A stretch of DNA of 64,000 nt, taken from Trichoplax adhaerens. Taxonomy: Eukaryota > Animalia > Placozoa. The notes under the pieces were generated by a model. That model had not been told where the DNA came from. It did no database searches and saw only the letters and a program-made list of their open reading frames with translations. Shown piece by piece: positions 27,301 to 39,197 of the stretch (positions are counted from its first letter, which is position 1; the number at the start of each line of letters is the position of its first letter). Made by a program: the position numbers and the translations under genes. The stretch is from the NCBI RefSeq assembly GCF_000150275.1, contig NW_002060947.1, forward strand, positions 5,056,267-5,120,266, written 5' to 3'.

Positions 27301-28652
27301 TAATTATTATTAAATCAAACTTTGTATGCAATTAATACTCATTAACCAATCAACTGTGTATGCAATAATCTCACAAATACATTAGCTTATCTACAAGTTG
27401 TAATTGAATAAATGTGCATCTATCACAGTCCATGACATACTTTTTGAACAGTAAATCCATGCAATGTATCTCCTTCACGATAAGCAGCTAAGTCAATATT
27501 AGAGAAAGAAGTTAATTCAGTTTATTACTCGAAAATCAGTAATACATATATATATTTCCTATTGATAATATGTTCAGGTTAGAAATAAGAATAATTAATC
27601 TATATACCTGCTGCGGCTCGTGGGTCTAAAGTTCTGACTGATGGCGTTGTCCTATAAATCGAAATCGATGCAAGTATGTAGGCTCAATATTGGTTTATGC
27701 AATCTCCCTTCTCAGTTATGTTTAAAATTAAAAGACAATAATGATGATAATTCTGATAGGGCTTGTTAGTTAACTTTGCTATCAATTATAATTATCATAT
27801 GCGGGTATCTGCTAGTTATAATTATCATCAAAAGGATTCTTTACGATAATACATACTTGTACTTAAAGTTACCTAACAAACGTATATGATATTTCCTTCA
27901 TGCTCGACAGCGAAGAGTCAATGTCGAGCGTGAAATAAAACCTAATATTATAGATCATTGCATGTACAGTAGAAATGTTTACCAGGCAAGAAAGCGCTGG
28001 ACATGAATGCCTGCTACATAAATATGCGCGTATGATACAGAATACATATCATCAAGCAATTGCGGTGTATTTAATTTGGCATCCATAACTATATGCATGC
28101 CACACAATGTTACCTATACTCGTACACGCTGAATATGCAGCATGCTGGCTACAGTATATCCTAATGCTGGTAACCACTGACATTACGGCAATAGCAAAGC
28201 AAAAGATGATGCAATATACAGGGGTTGAAATAGATGACAAATGAGATTTGAGATTGGGCTGAGGTAACGCACGAGGCAACCTTGTAAAAATACCCAACTC
28301 TAGTTTGCAAAAGATGCTATTAGCAAGTAGTCCGTCATTAAACCTAAAGTGTGAAATTTTGAGAGTACGTTGCAGTCGATGCATGTCCTCCGGTAAAGTT
28401 GGCAAGTCTTAATATTGTGTATTTATGACGTATATTGACTCAATTATGGTTCTGCTTGACGTTACTCGTGAAGCAAGATTGCTTGACATCAACAACACAA
28501 GCAGCACTGAAAGTCTAATTTATACAGCATAGTAATACTTCAAGAGTGCTTCAAAGATAACATTATGATCCAAGTTGACTCGAACAAAATTAGATTTACC
28601 TTAAATAACGACGTTGCAGGACGCCTTTCCATTGATGGCAGATCCGATACAT
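21398..28652 (-). CDS. PITRM1: Presequence protease, mitochondrial (pitrilysin metallopeptidase 1, M16C), multi-exon
   Basis: Basic presequence-like start [18 protein letters not shown]. Inverted zinc motif in [48 protein letters not shown]. Also [27 protein letters not shown] and [11 protein letters not shown]. The C-terminus [24 protein letters not shown] aligns with the human end. Confidence 0.95.
21833..21882. other. Assembly gap (50 N) inside PITRM1
   Basis: Run of N; an isolated N also occurs at 21789. Confidence 0.99.
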
Positions 28653-28929
28653 TGCTGTTTATGGCAGTGATGCTTTTATCGAACTGTGATAATAGTAATT
28701 TATAATAATTATGCATCAACTACTGTAATGCAGCACATAATTTGTCTATTATAACATCAACTAAAATACCAAAAGATCCAGTAATTAATTTACTTGAAAA
28801 TTTTCGCTTCTTCTGAATTTCTAAGTAGGAAAAGTAATCCAAGCTCATCTAATTCATTAAAGATGGAAGGAAATCCTGCCAATTGACCACGGCACGACTG
28901 CTGTAGAACTACAGTTCAAAGTTGTGCCT

Positions 28930-29075
28930 TACGTATAGTACTGTACTATCCACTGTACGGTACACTACAGTACTGTACTGTACTGTACTATACTGTACAG
29001 TGTACAGTACTGTACAGTACAGTACACCCTAACCCTGTACAGTACCGTCTACGTACGGTACAGCATTGTACTGTA
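28930..29075. repeat. TACAG/CTGTA array upstream of the PITRM1 start
   Basis: A (TACTG)n-rich left half and (CAGTA)n-rich right half form an imperfect fold-back about 280 bp upstream of the PITRM1 ATG. Confidence 0.9.
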
Positions 29076-30560
29076 GGAAAGTGACTGTTGCTTAGGGTTC
29101 AAGATCGCTACTGGTGCTGCCCATCGCGCTGGATAAAGTCATACTGATTTGTAAAGATACCTGTTAGTTTTGAGGATAATTTTCAGCATTGTCAATGCTT
29201 CTGATAGTTCCTACAGAAATGTGCATGAAACTGAAATAAATTACTCAAATAGCATTTGCAAAGTTCTACCCAGACGTACATTGACTATTACTCAATATTT
29301 CTGCAGCAACTACGGTATCAGAATCATTGACCAATTCTGAAAATTCTCCTAACTTTTATAGTGGTCGATGGTATAGTGAAATATGGCTGGCTGCGTTGCA
29401 ACTTGTATTAATGCATTGTTGCCAGCTTTATAAACTTTGCTTCACTACGATATATTGCTGTATACTATGCTGTAGTATTGATTTTGATCCTGTAAACTTA
29501 CTACACTACAACATCATCCCATATTCCTCTTTTATTTCAACGTTAAAATTAAATTTATTATAATATTAAAATAATTTGTGATTCCGACGCAGAACACGAC
29601 ATACTGTATGTGTGCTTTTCAGTATAGTGGTCACGGTGATAGCATTAACTAATAAAACGACAAGTATTGTATGTGAAGTATAACGAGCAAGAGATCGACT
29701 AGTACCTATTATAAAAAGTGACTGTAGATATGTATACTCATATATTAAATATATTGTAAAAGGTACTAGTACAGTACGTGAGGATTACAAGTAAGAGATC
29801 TGGGCTAGTTGATATTAACAAACTTAATCCCATTTCCAACCTAATTGGTTTATTTATATTAAGAGATCAAATCAGTTCTTAAACGCCTATGGAGATGAAA
29901 AGGGAGATCGATCCGTAAGGTGAAACTGATTTAAACGATCGTAGAAAGATGCAGCAAATACGGACAAACTCTGAATTCATCTTTAAATCTTACAAAATTA
30001 TTACTTTCATTTACTCGTATATTATCATATATTAATCGTACATCATTAAAGTTGAATTCATCTTCTGTCACTGCATATGATATTTAATTAATAAGTATGA
30101 TGAATTTACAAAATTGAAACATTATTTTGGGCATGCTCTAACGCCGGAGATTGGCCGTAACAAGTGTTAGAGTACAGTATATACGTATATATTCAAAAAT
30201 AGAAAATTTATTCAGCCTTTGCAAAATACATTACAATTACCGGTGGCTTTAGAAAACACGCAACATTACCTCATTAGCGGATAATTATTCATTTTATACA
30301 TTTGTATAATGTCTTTTACTATTACGTATACAAGTCCATGTAAGGATGTAGATACAATAGTGTACATTAAGTAAACATGGAGTATTCAGCTTCCCATTTT
30401 TGAGTGTTTCCTACAATGTATATATATATATACACGTGCATCAGTTACAACTAATTCTGCCAAGAATATATAGCAATTAAAGTAATTCCCAAATTAAAGC
30501 AAATACATATCTTATGTAATTGTATAATTTTCTTGCCAGAGTTTAGTTAAAGAATTGCTT

Positions 30561-32896
30561 CTAATCTGTTTTAACCTTACAGCACCTAAAATATATAAAC
30601 TGAGTGAACCGTTTAATCAGATAGATGACCGTCATAATTATTATTATCCATGCTAGCGCTACGTCTAGCATATAAAATTCAACAATAGATAGCTTGTAGC
30701 CCTCCATCCTAAGATGCTTAGCTCCCTTATTTGCAATAATGTATTCTGCCCAACCAACTGCTGTATCCTGAGGAGATCTTCGCTGACTATGTATGGCAGT
30801 GGAAATGTATTTCGCATTTTCTTGATACCTAAATTACATCATTTTATACTTACAGTTAGTAGTTTTTATGATTAACTGCAAATGTCATAAAGTAATAACA
30901 TAAATGATATAATAACTTTTCTATTTTTAGTATCAGGTAATGTAATTGTACCTTTCGGTAAATAATAAATTACTCCTAATATCAATATCACGAGCAAGAA
31001 AAATACGGGAGGGGAGTTATAACGACTAAGCCATTTCATAGGGCTACTTCTGCTTAACCAACAATTTACTGACCTATCGGTTGTAACTCGCGCAATCCCG
31101 TTGTCGATATCATTTGAAGTCAGTTTCCGAATATTTATCTCAATGCCAAGCCCAGCACGCACTACTTGTTTCGCGTTATCGATCTGATCAGCTGAAATAG
31201 GCATTCCTAGAATAGACACACAATAATAAGCCGATTTGTACATACTGCTATGGCCACAATGCGAAAGAAAGCAATAGTATTCTTATGACCCAAGATATCA
31301 TTTTGAGGTGCCCAGTTGACAATTTTAACATGTGACCCAACATCCTTGACACTAGCTTTGCTTTTCCACATCACTTTATACGGTATTCGATTTACAGCAT
31401 CTATGAAGACTTTTATTTTTTCCGCATCAAAGTTTTCATAAATTGAACCGAATGAAATATAAACTACTTTGCGTTCACCATTCATGAATACCTCTAAATC
31501 GCTTGACAATGGCTTTGCGGGTTTCGCTGAGAAAGTATCAATAACTTTAACGTTAGGTAGTAGAGGTCGAGGATATTCCAGAACAAAATCACCAGTCATC
31601 AATACCATTGACGCAGAGTTCTCAATTTCATATGTCGTCATCGATGCAGTATTATCGAATTTATGTTTTAACGAGCCGATATTTTGATCTAACGCATACG
31701 AGTAAAACTTATTTAACATAGCATAAGCTATCGCATTTATAAATCGTTCCTTAAATGTCATCATAGATGAGTAAGAAGTCAAGAGAATCGGAACATATGA
31801 TAAAGGTTGAGGATTGTTAAGTAATAGACGAGGTACGTTCAAGGCTCCAATCCCTAATATGATATGAGGTTTTTCTATTGTAAGTGCAATTAAATTACCT
31901 CAAATAAATCCTCGATCAGTAATTAACAAGTCGATTATCTTGTAATACGACATTATAGTTGAATTATTCAAGATACTTTGACAGTAATTCTTTTGTAATT
32001 TTACCAATTTTATTAAGTTAGCGATCATAGAAATATTATCGTGGACTTGTCCAAATTTGAAAGGGTGTTCAACATCATACGAATCAATAGGAATTTTTAA
32101 TTCTGAGACGATTTGCGTTTTTTCAACAGTGATTCGTACCTACAATTCTAAGAAAGAGTTGTATCTAAGTAATATTCGGAAATATTAATAAACCAAGATT
32201 ACTGGTTAGTCATTCAACATAGTGCAAGATACTTTCACTCAACGTTATCAAATGGACTTCACTGTAAAGTTAAAGTGTAACTATATTTTCAAAAGTGCTA
32301 GTAATAAGGTATGTAATATAAATAATTCTATCAGTTATTAATTATTAATTCGATGCATATACGAGTAATTATTCTATGTTCAGTAATACCATTCATGGTT
32401 AAGTATACATGCTACATTTACTTGATATTCATCACTGATAGTGATTATTTTATCGCATTAATATGATTTGATAAATTATTTTTGACGCAACATACAGTTC
32501 ACTGCACTACTTGAAAGCTAGAACGAGGTCAATCTAAATAGAATATTACCCCATTTCATATGGTATTAGTGTTGAGCTACCTAATAACTGCCAAAATTCT
32601 CCACTACACAATTTTATAAGTAATATCACACTTTAAATTGTTAGCATTATTTATTCCACACAAACATTCATTTTTAATGAGATAGGATATTAATGATATT
32701 AATAAATTAAATTAATCATGTTTATTCTTACATCATGACCACGATCATGTAAAGCTTCTGCAAAGGTGTTTAATACAAGAACATGTCTTTTCTCAAAAGC
32801 TGGTATTACTGCAACTTTTGCACAGTGGGCATTTTGTAGCCGAAAAGCAATCGACAAAGCTATGAAGGCGATCGATACCAGTAGTTTGATGCCCAT
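30561..32896 (-). pseudogene. UDP-glucuronosyltransferase (GT1 family) pseudogene, 3 exons
   Basis: Signal peptide, LEYPRPLLPNVKVI, VVYISFGS, UGT signature WAPQNDILGH...SHCGHSSMYKSAYYCVSILGMPISADQIDNA, C-terminal TM and dilysine KVKTD*. Lesions: in-frame TGA at 31900-31902, frameshift near 31265 inside the signature, second frameshift near 30698. Confidence 0.85.
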
Positions 32897-33761
32897 TATG
32901 TCTTAGTAAGTTAGAAGGTTAAATTTTAGAGGTGCATTTTAAAATTTAGCTATTAATGTATATAGCTTTGTATTAAGTAATTTGATGGTAATTACTTGCA
33001 CCTATGCAGAAAGTGTTAATATCGTATCGAGCCTCAGGACTCCAATTGGTACCTAATTGGTTTATCTAATTAATGTTGTTTACTGATTTGCTTATACTGA
33101 GCCCTGTTGTTGTCTATGAGGTAAATCCTTATAGCAATCGTTGTAAGATAATGAGAGCTTATTTCGCTACAAAGCACCAGCAGTCGACCCCAAAAAGTAT
33201 ATGAAGGGGCGAGCTCAAGATTACTAGGAGGAGTTGAAAAAAGCCTAGTAGCCGGAAGCTTAGCTAGGGATTCAACAATAAACTAACTTTCTACCTTAAA
33301 GACTTTTTGTATTGTTGGAATCCTAAGAGTAATAGTTGGTCTACATTAGGATAATACTATAGAAGTTTATTAAGGAGTTTTAATGTTGGCAAAAGGAGAC
33401 TTTGTGATAGTAGTTTATTGAGTAACTTTCGCGCACGAATCTGTGACAACCACTTCATAGCAATGTTGGCTAATTCATTCCAGTACACGAGTATATTATG
33501 CATTATTGTACATTCATTCTGCTGTCATATTAAAATAAAATTTACATAGATTAGAAAGATTTGCTATAACTAGTTAGTAAATATGATTCAGTCAGATGAA
33601 TAAAGTAATATTATTATGATTAGGTTGCATCAGACACTGAGAATACTTTTGATCAATCTGAAGTTCTTTAGCTTTACTATGACAATCCAGCATTTTCCAG
33701 TACTACAACTAGCAATCAAGCATCTTCCAGCGCTACAACCAGCAATATGCAATATTTATTG

Positions 33762-33839
33762 ACATATACGCGTGCGTACATTAATTAGGTTAATTAATTT
33801 ACATATACGCGTGCGTGCATTAATTAAGTTAATTAATTT
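33762..33839. repeat. 39-bp tandem duplication with TTAATTAA palindromes
   Basis: ACATATACGCGTGCGTACATTAATTAGGTTAATTAATTT followed by ACATATACGCGTGCGTGCATTAATTAAGTTAATTAATTT, abutting the TACAG array. Confidence 0.9.
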
Positions 33840-34625
33840 ACAGTACTGTACTGTATACTGTCGTACAGTACAGTAGGCAGTACTGAACGATACTGTACAG
33901 TAAATGTTGCACTAGTGTACTGTACAGTGTACAGTACAGTACAGTACTACAGTACTGTACACTACTAAAAAATGACCATTTTTTACAGTGGACTGTCTGT
34001 ACCGTACTAGTACAGTATACTGTAAAGCAGTGGCCAACCGTAGTGCAACAACATTTTTCTGACGACCATTTTTGGAGCCAAATCAACTCAATTTTGAATG
34101 ATGTACCGTAGAATTGGGATTTTACAGTACTGTAGATACTTTTAACGTGCAGTAGTCAGGATAGCGCCTAAGGTAAAGGTACTGTACTGTATGTACATTA
34201 CAGTAGAAAAAACTAATACAGGCAGTCTACAGTACTGTATTCCTGAGTTTACCAGCTGCTTTTAGCGTTTAGCGCGCGCAAAAATAAAAATAATTTTACT
34301 GTGTACGGACAGACATACGGCATAGTACAGCACAGTCCTTTCCGTTCTAACTGTACGTACAGTACTGTACTACGATAGAGTCTGAGCGTACCGGACTGGA
34401 CCGTTTCGTATCCAGTTCCTTTCTTCTGTACATACAGTACAATAAAAACGGACAACTGCATACAACGTACTGTACAGTACAGCGAACAGTGTACCGTGTA
34501 CTGTACACTGTACAATAAGTAACGTAACGAGGTTGGATGTACTGTAAACAATGCAGCGCCCCCCTGCATATCGTGGACAGGTGTATCGGGGTTATTGCAC
34601 TGTACTGTATACTGTACTGTACTGA
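33840..34625. repeat. Extended TACAG/CTGTA array(s) upstream of the CEP57 5' UTR exon, divergent from the UGT pseudogene
   Basis: Dense blocks at 33840-34025 and 34350-34625 with scattered units between. They end just before a candidate non-coding first exon (donor AAAGG|GTAATT at ~34751). Confidence 0.88.
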
Positions 34626-35941
34626 CCTAGTTGCTGACATCGTCAGCCGTCGTTGGTTGCTCGGTTACTGAAATCAGATTTAGTATTTGGACGCCCATCG
34701 CCAGTGACACTGTTCTCCGATCTGTGCTCAAGTTCATTTCGAATTTATATGGGCTATGTTGGTATCAAAGGGTAATTTTATCGTCGTAGGATTGACTTTA
34801 CGTTAACCGATTGGTATGCATGGTTATTGATTAGTTCAATTGAACATATTGTCAGTCAAAAGTAAAGAGAGTGCAGACAGGATAGCCCCTACACCAATAA
34901 TTTGCCATTGAAATTAAGCAAGGTAAAGTCAAAATATACTTTGGCTCTGATTTGATTCATGCTGATATTAATATACGTGCTAGCACATTTATATATTGGA
35001 CTGCAATGCTAATATACAGTAATTGACAATAAGAAGTGCAATAGTAAGAATCAAGAAAAGAATGATAAGCATTTCTTCAATTCTTGAAATCGCTCAATTT
35101 AGCTAGTACTCAATGATGACGTGCCTTAGATGCCAAATTGAGGTCGCTGCAGTATGTATTAACTATGCTATCGGTCCAATTAGATTGAACGATTTCAACT
35201 GTCAATACGCGATGCAATAGTTATGAATGATAGTATTTGCTGTAGAACAATCTGGTGTTCTATTTCATCGTTGTCCATCACACTACAACATCGCTTATTT
35301 AAATAAACATACCAGTGACTTTGAATCTTTGATACGGTACTCGTACAGTACGGTATCGTTATTTCTTAGCTTGAGACTTCGAGCTAAATTAGATGAATAG
35401 TTAATCTCATGTTTGATGAATTGGTAGAATACATTTAGGATTTCATTCAAATCTCGTAATGACGTTCTATGCCTGCTGACATGGGCTAAGTTACTTTAGA
35501 ATACAGCTACGGTGCCCTCTGGTATGCAATCGCGGTTACTCTTTGCCCCGGATTTCATTCAGTACAGTATTTCAGTATCAAGTGGAACAAGTACTCGATA
35601 CAAGAAACGATACGAAGAGTATTCGTTGCACATTTTCTCTCGGGTATAAATAAATATATACGAACATGCCAGTTGTAACTGTGCCACTGATTAACAATAA
35701 AAATACACTGTATCACTTCCAAGCTTACAGGACACATGCTATGGTCATTTGGTGTAAGATGTAATGTCAGATTAATCTCAGTTATACGTATACGTCGTAT
35801 GTCCATGGACAGAATGTGCAAATGTTACTGATGATGTTGCATTTGCAAGGTCATTAAAAATACGATTAGGTTTACACAGTATGAAGTGTTCGGGTTTGAA
35901 AGGATAAATATGCATTCATTTTGTCTTGCTGTAGGTCAAGA

Positions 35942-37980
35942 ATGGAGAATCACCAGCGAAATTTTAACGCTACCACCAATTTTGCCCATAAAGAAATCTC
36001 ATCCAATGGCACTCCAAGTCGAGAACAAATTATTAGCCATAATTCTACTGGAAATTTAGGTTTGTCGCCTGGTCAACATGCAACCAACACAAGTCTTTAT
36101 GCTTTTCCGAAAAGTAACGGTGGAGGTAAAGATGACACAATAAGCATATAATAATGAATTCTAGATTACTACAGCTTCTTTGATTATAATTTTAGTTATG
36201 AAATATTTATTTGTTTGCTAATGTCTGTAATAGCTGTGATCTCAGCACTACAAGGATTACAAGAAAAAATTAAAAAATTGGAAATCGAACGATGCTTAGC
36301 TGAGGAAAATCTCAAAACTTTAACAACGGAAACTGCCCATTATAAAGAGATCTTACAAAAAGAACAAAGCGCTGTCCATGATAATCGTAACGCTGCTACT
36401 AAACATAATCAAGGTCAATTCAAAGACCTAAACAAGGGTTTCTTGCATCATTTTGTTATCGTGATAAAGTATTATCTGCATAAATTAATATTTAATTTCT
36501 CAAAAATTCTGTTCTGGTATGATTCAATCTAGAATTAGAAGCTCAGCTTGCTGCAACAGAGGGAAGATGTAGCTTGTTAGAATCTCAACTGGCACAAATG
36601 AGAAAATTAGTGACGCAAGCAGAGAATGATAGAAGTAGTGCGCTACAAAGAACTCTAGAACTAGAGAAAAGGAATTCTAGTCAAGTTTCACGGGAAATGC
36701 TGTTACAATTTGACGACCTTAAAAAGCTGGAGCGAGAACATATTCAGCTAAAAGCGTCTTATGCCTTAGCTGAGGTTATTGCCAGCTTGCATTGTATTAT
36801 TCTATAATTTTATTCTTAATCGATAAACTTATAAAATTCACGGGTATATAAATCTTCGATTAATTTGTCTACAGAGTCGAATTCAAGAACTAGAAAATCA
36901 ATTAAAAGAAGAGCAGCACAGTAAGAAATTAATCCAAGAGAAAGCAGCCGAGGTTATAAATTTAACAAAATATGCAATTTCTACCTACAGCAATAATATA
37001 TAAATTCTCTTCAGGTGTTTTGTAAGTCTAGCGATTGAATCAGGAATGCTCGTTAATACTTTTTTAGTTGCAAACCTTACTGGAAACTAATAGAATACTA
37101 TTACAAAGTAACACTGCACCGGTAGTGCGCAAAAAAATTGCCAATAGAAAGGCCTACAAAAAGAAAACAAGACAAAACGTTAATGATCCAACGAAGCAGG
37201 TTTCATACAAGGCTCCTTTTGTTGTCGGAAAGGTTACTTACTGATAAGTCTGTTATATGCGCACCTTTCAGTAGCCATATATGTAGGAGCTACAGAAATC
37301 ACGACAATGTAACAACTAGTATATAAGAATACATTTTTTTATTTAGAGTTCGGCGTCTTCACATTCATTGGGAGTGAATTATCAGAAAGTACTAGCTCTT
37401 ATTAAGGCGTATCATCCAAGCTCTCGTGTTGATCAAAATCGAAAAACTACTTCTGATTCTTCGTCAGAGTCCTCTAGCAGCGATGTAGAACTGAACGAGC
37501 TGCTGCATGGACTAGAGGATGAATTTGGGCGAATGAGCTTGTAAGTATATAAGCATTCAACATTATAAATAAATTTAGGGTTGTAAATGAATTTTTTGTC
37601 ACTATATTCACAGTGAACATCAAGAACTAGTAAGGCATATTCAGGACGCTGGAGACGGTCGCATTAGAAGAGATTTAGAAAAGGAGCTAGAAGAACTCGT
37701 GATTGAAATGGAAAATAAAGGTGAACAAATTGCAATCCTGAAGCGCCATTACGCTAGCCGTAAAGAGAAGAAAAAGAATATCAAGAAGAATATGACACGT
37801 AAGATTGGCAATCGAAAAGACAATAATGATGACGTTGAGGTCGTTACAACGATGCGTACTAAGAATCCTATGGAGGGTAAAATCCATGGAAGTAGCAAGC
37901 AATTTGATAGCTTGCAATTATTGCGAGATATGAAAGTGCTTCAAAATAATCTTCGCAAAGGAGATTTAAGTTGGGATTAG
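35942..37980 (+). CDS. CEP57: Centrosomal protein 57 (CEP57/translokin family), multi-exon
   Basis: Cep57 centrosome-localisation domain AVISALQGLQEKIKKLEIERCLAEENLKTLTTET and ELEAQLAATEGRCSLLESQLAQMRKLV. Also PFVVGKSSASSHSLGVNYQKVL, and the MT-binding domain LNELLHGLEDEFGRMSFEHQEL...DLEKELEELVIEMENKGEQIAILKR. Confidence 0.9.
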
Positions 37981-39197
37981 CAACGACTAGTATAGGTAGC
38001 TGCAGCAGATATACATGAAAAAACTAGTTCTTGACCAGGAAACCATTGTGTGTCAAGTACAATTTTTATAACGGAAAGACACCGTCATTATTTAAGATGA
38101 AAATAGAGCTTAAATCTAATGCTACGTACTTATATGGATGGATGGATATTGTACTGTATATAATAATAGTGACATAAAAATTAGAATAATATAAGACTAG
38201 TAACAGTAATAACTATTACAAATATAGTAACGGTTATAATGCGATGTTTCAAATGTTTAAAAATTAGTAACTGGATGAAAACAGCATTCATTGACCGCCA
38301 GTTACTATATAACACAATACAGTAATTGTCATCGTAAATACCCTTACAACATGAATTATACTGTAGCTAATTTATTTTACTCATATACGCATTTGAAATT
38401 TTAGTATACATACTTGTATTCTGTACTAGCGCCTTGTAATATTAACCGTATTGACTTGATAACATCCAATATCTTTAAAAAATGTATTTTGTAAATATGT
38501 TATCCATCTAGTTTTAAGGTTTAACTTTTCATTTGCAGAAATAATGTTTGAAGAAATGAATTTTCAATAAATGTTTAATAATGTATTCGTGATGGTGTAA
38601 ATTTATCAGCATCAAATTTCTTAAGTGGTATGCTTAGTATCGAATCATGTTTTGAATGACAATCTAGGACATTTAGTGTTAATATCGATAACGTCTTGCA
38701 AGTTTTACTGACATCTTACGATCATAAGGAACGAAGTTTGAAATCTTGAAGATACTCTTCTATAGCTATTATACCTATAAAGTAGATTTACATTTGCTGC
38801 AAGTACCTCAACTTCAATTATCGTTTAGGTTATATGCAAATGTCAGCTAGTATTGAGGATTCGATTTCCATTAAATTGTTGGTCTGACTAAATTTTATTT
38901 GTTTACAGTTAATCGGTTCTTACGAATGTAAAATTATACGTATAATATAAAACTCTATGATTTATCTCTATACTCGTATGTTGACAAAGTAACAGTACAT
39001 AACCATAATCTTATCTTAATTGCTTGACTTAATTTTGTTTTATTAACATATAATCTCTGAAACTAACAAGTTTAACGATATGAAAGCATCAGTTAATTTC
39101 AAGTATGAGATACAGATATTAAATTGAATTCTCTACAGTGACCCTGTGTCACTTGTATGTCCAGTTCAATCTTTGCGGGTAAGAAATAACGCCAAGT

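Noticed and set aside
28052-28405. 117-aa ORF in the first PITRM1 intron
   Set aside because: No recognisable motif; the flanking PITRM1 exons join in phase without it.
29026-29036. ACCCTAACCCT telomere-like motif within the PITRM1 array
   Set aside because: Under two repeat units; insufficient to call an interstitial telomere.
31900-31902. TGA at a Cys-equivalent position as possible selenocysteine
   Set aside because: The same gene has two frameshifts and I could not recognise a SECIS; a nonsense mutation in a pseudogene is simpler.
33425-33460. RARICDNHF resembling a THAP zinc-finger CxxHF motif
   Set aside because: The upstream CxxxC, P and W and the downstream AVPTIF box were not found; it lies in an alternative frame of the Q-rich relic.
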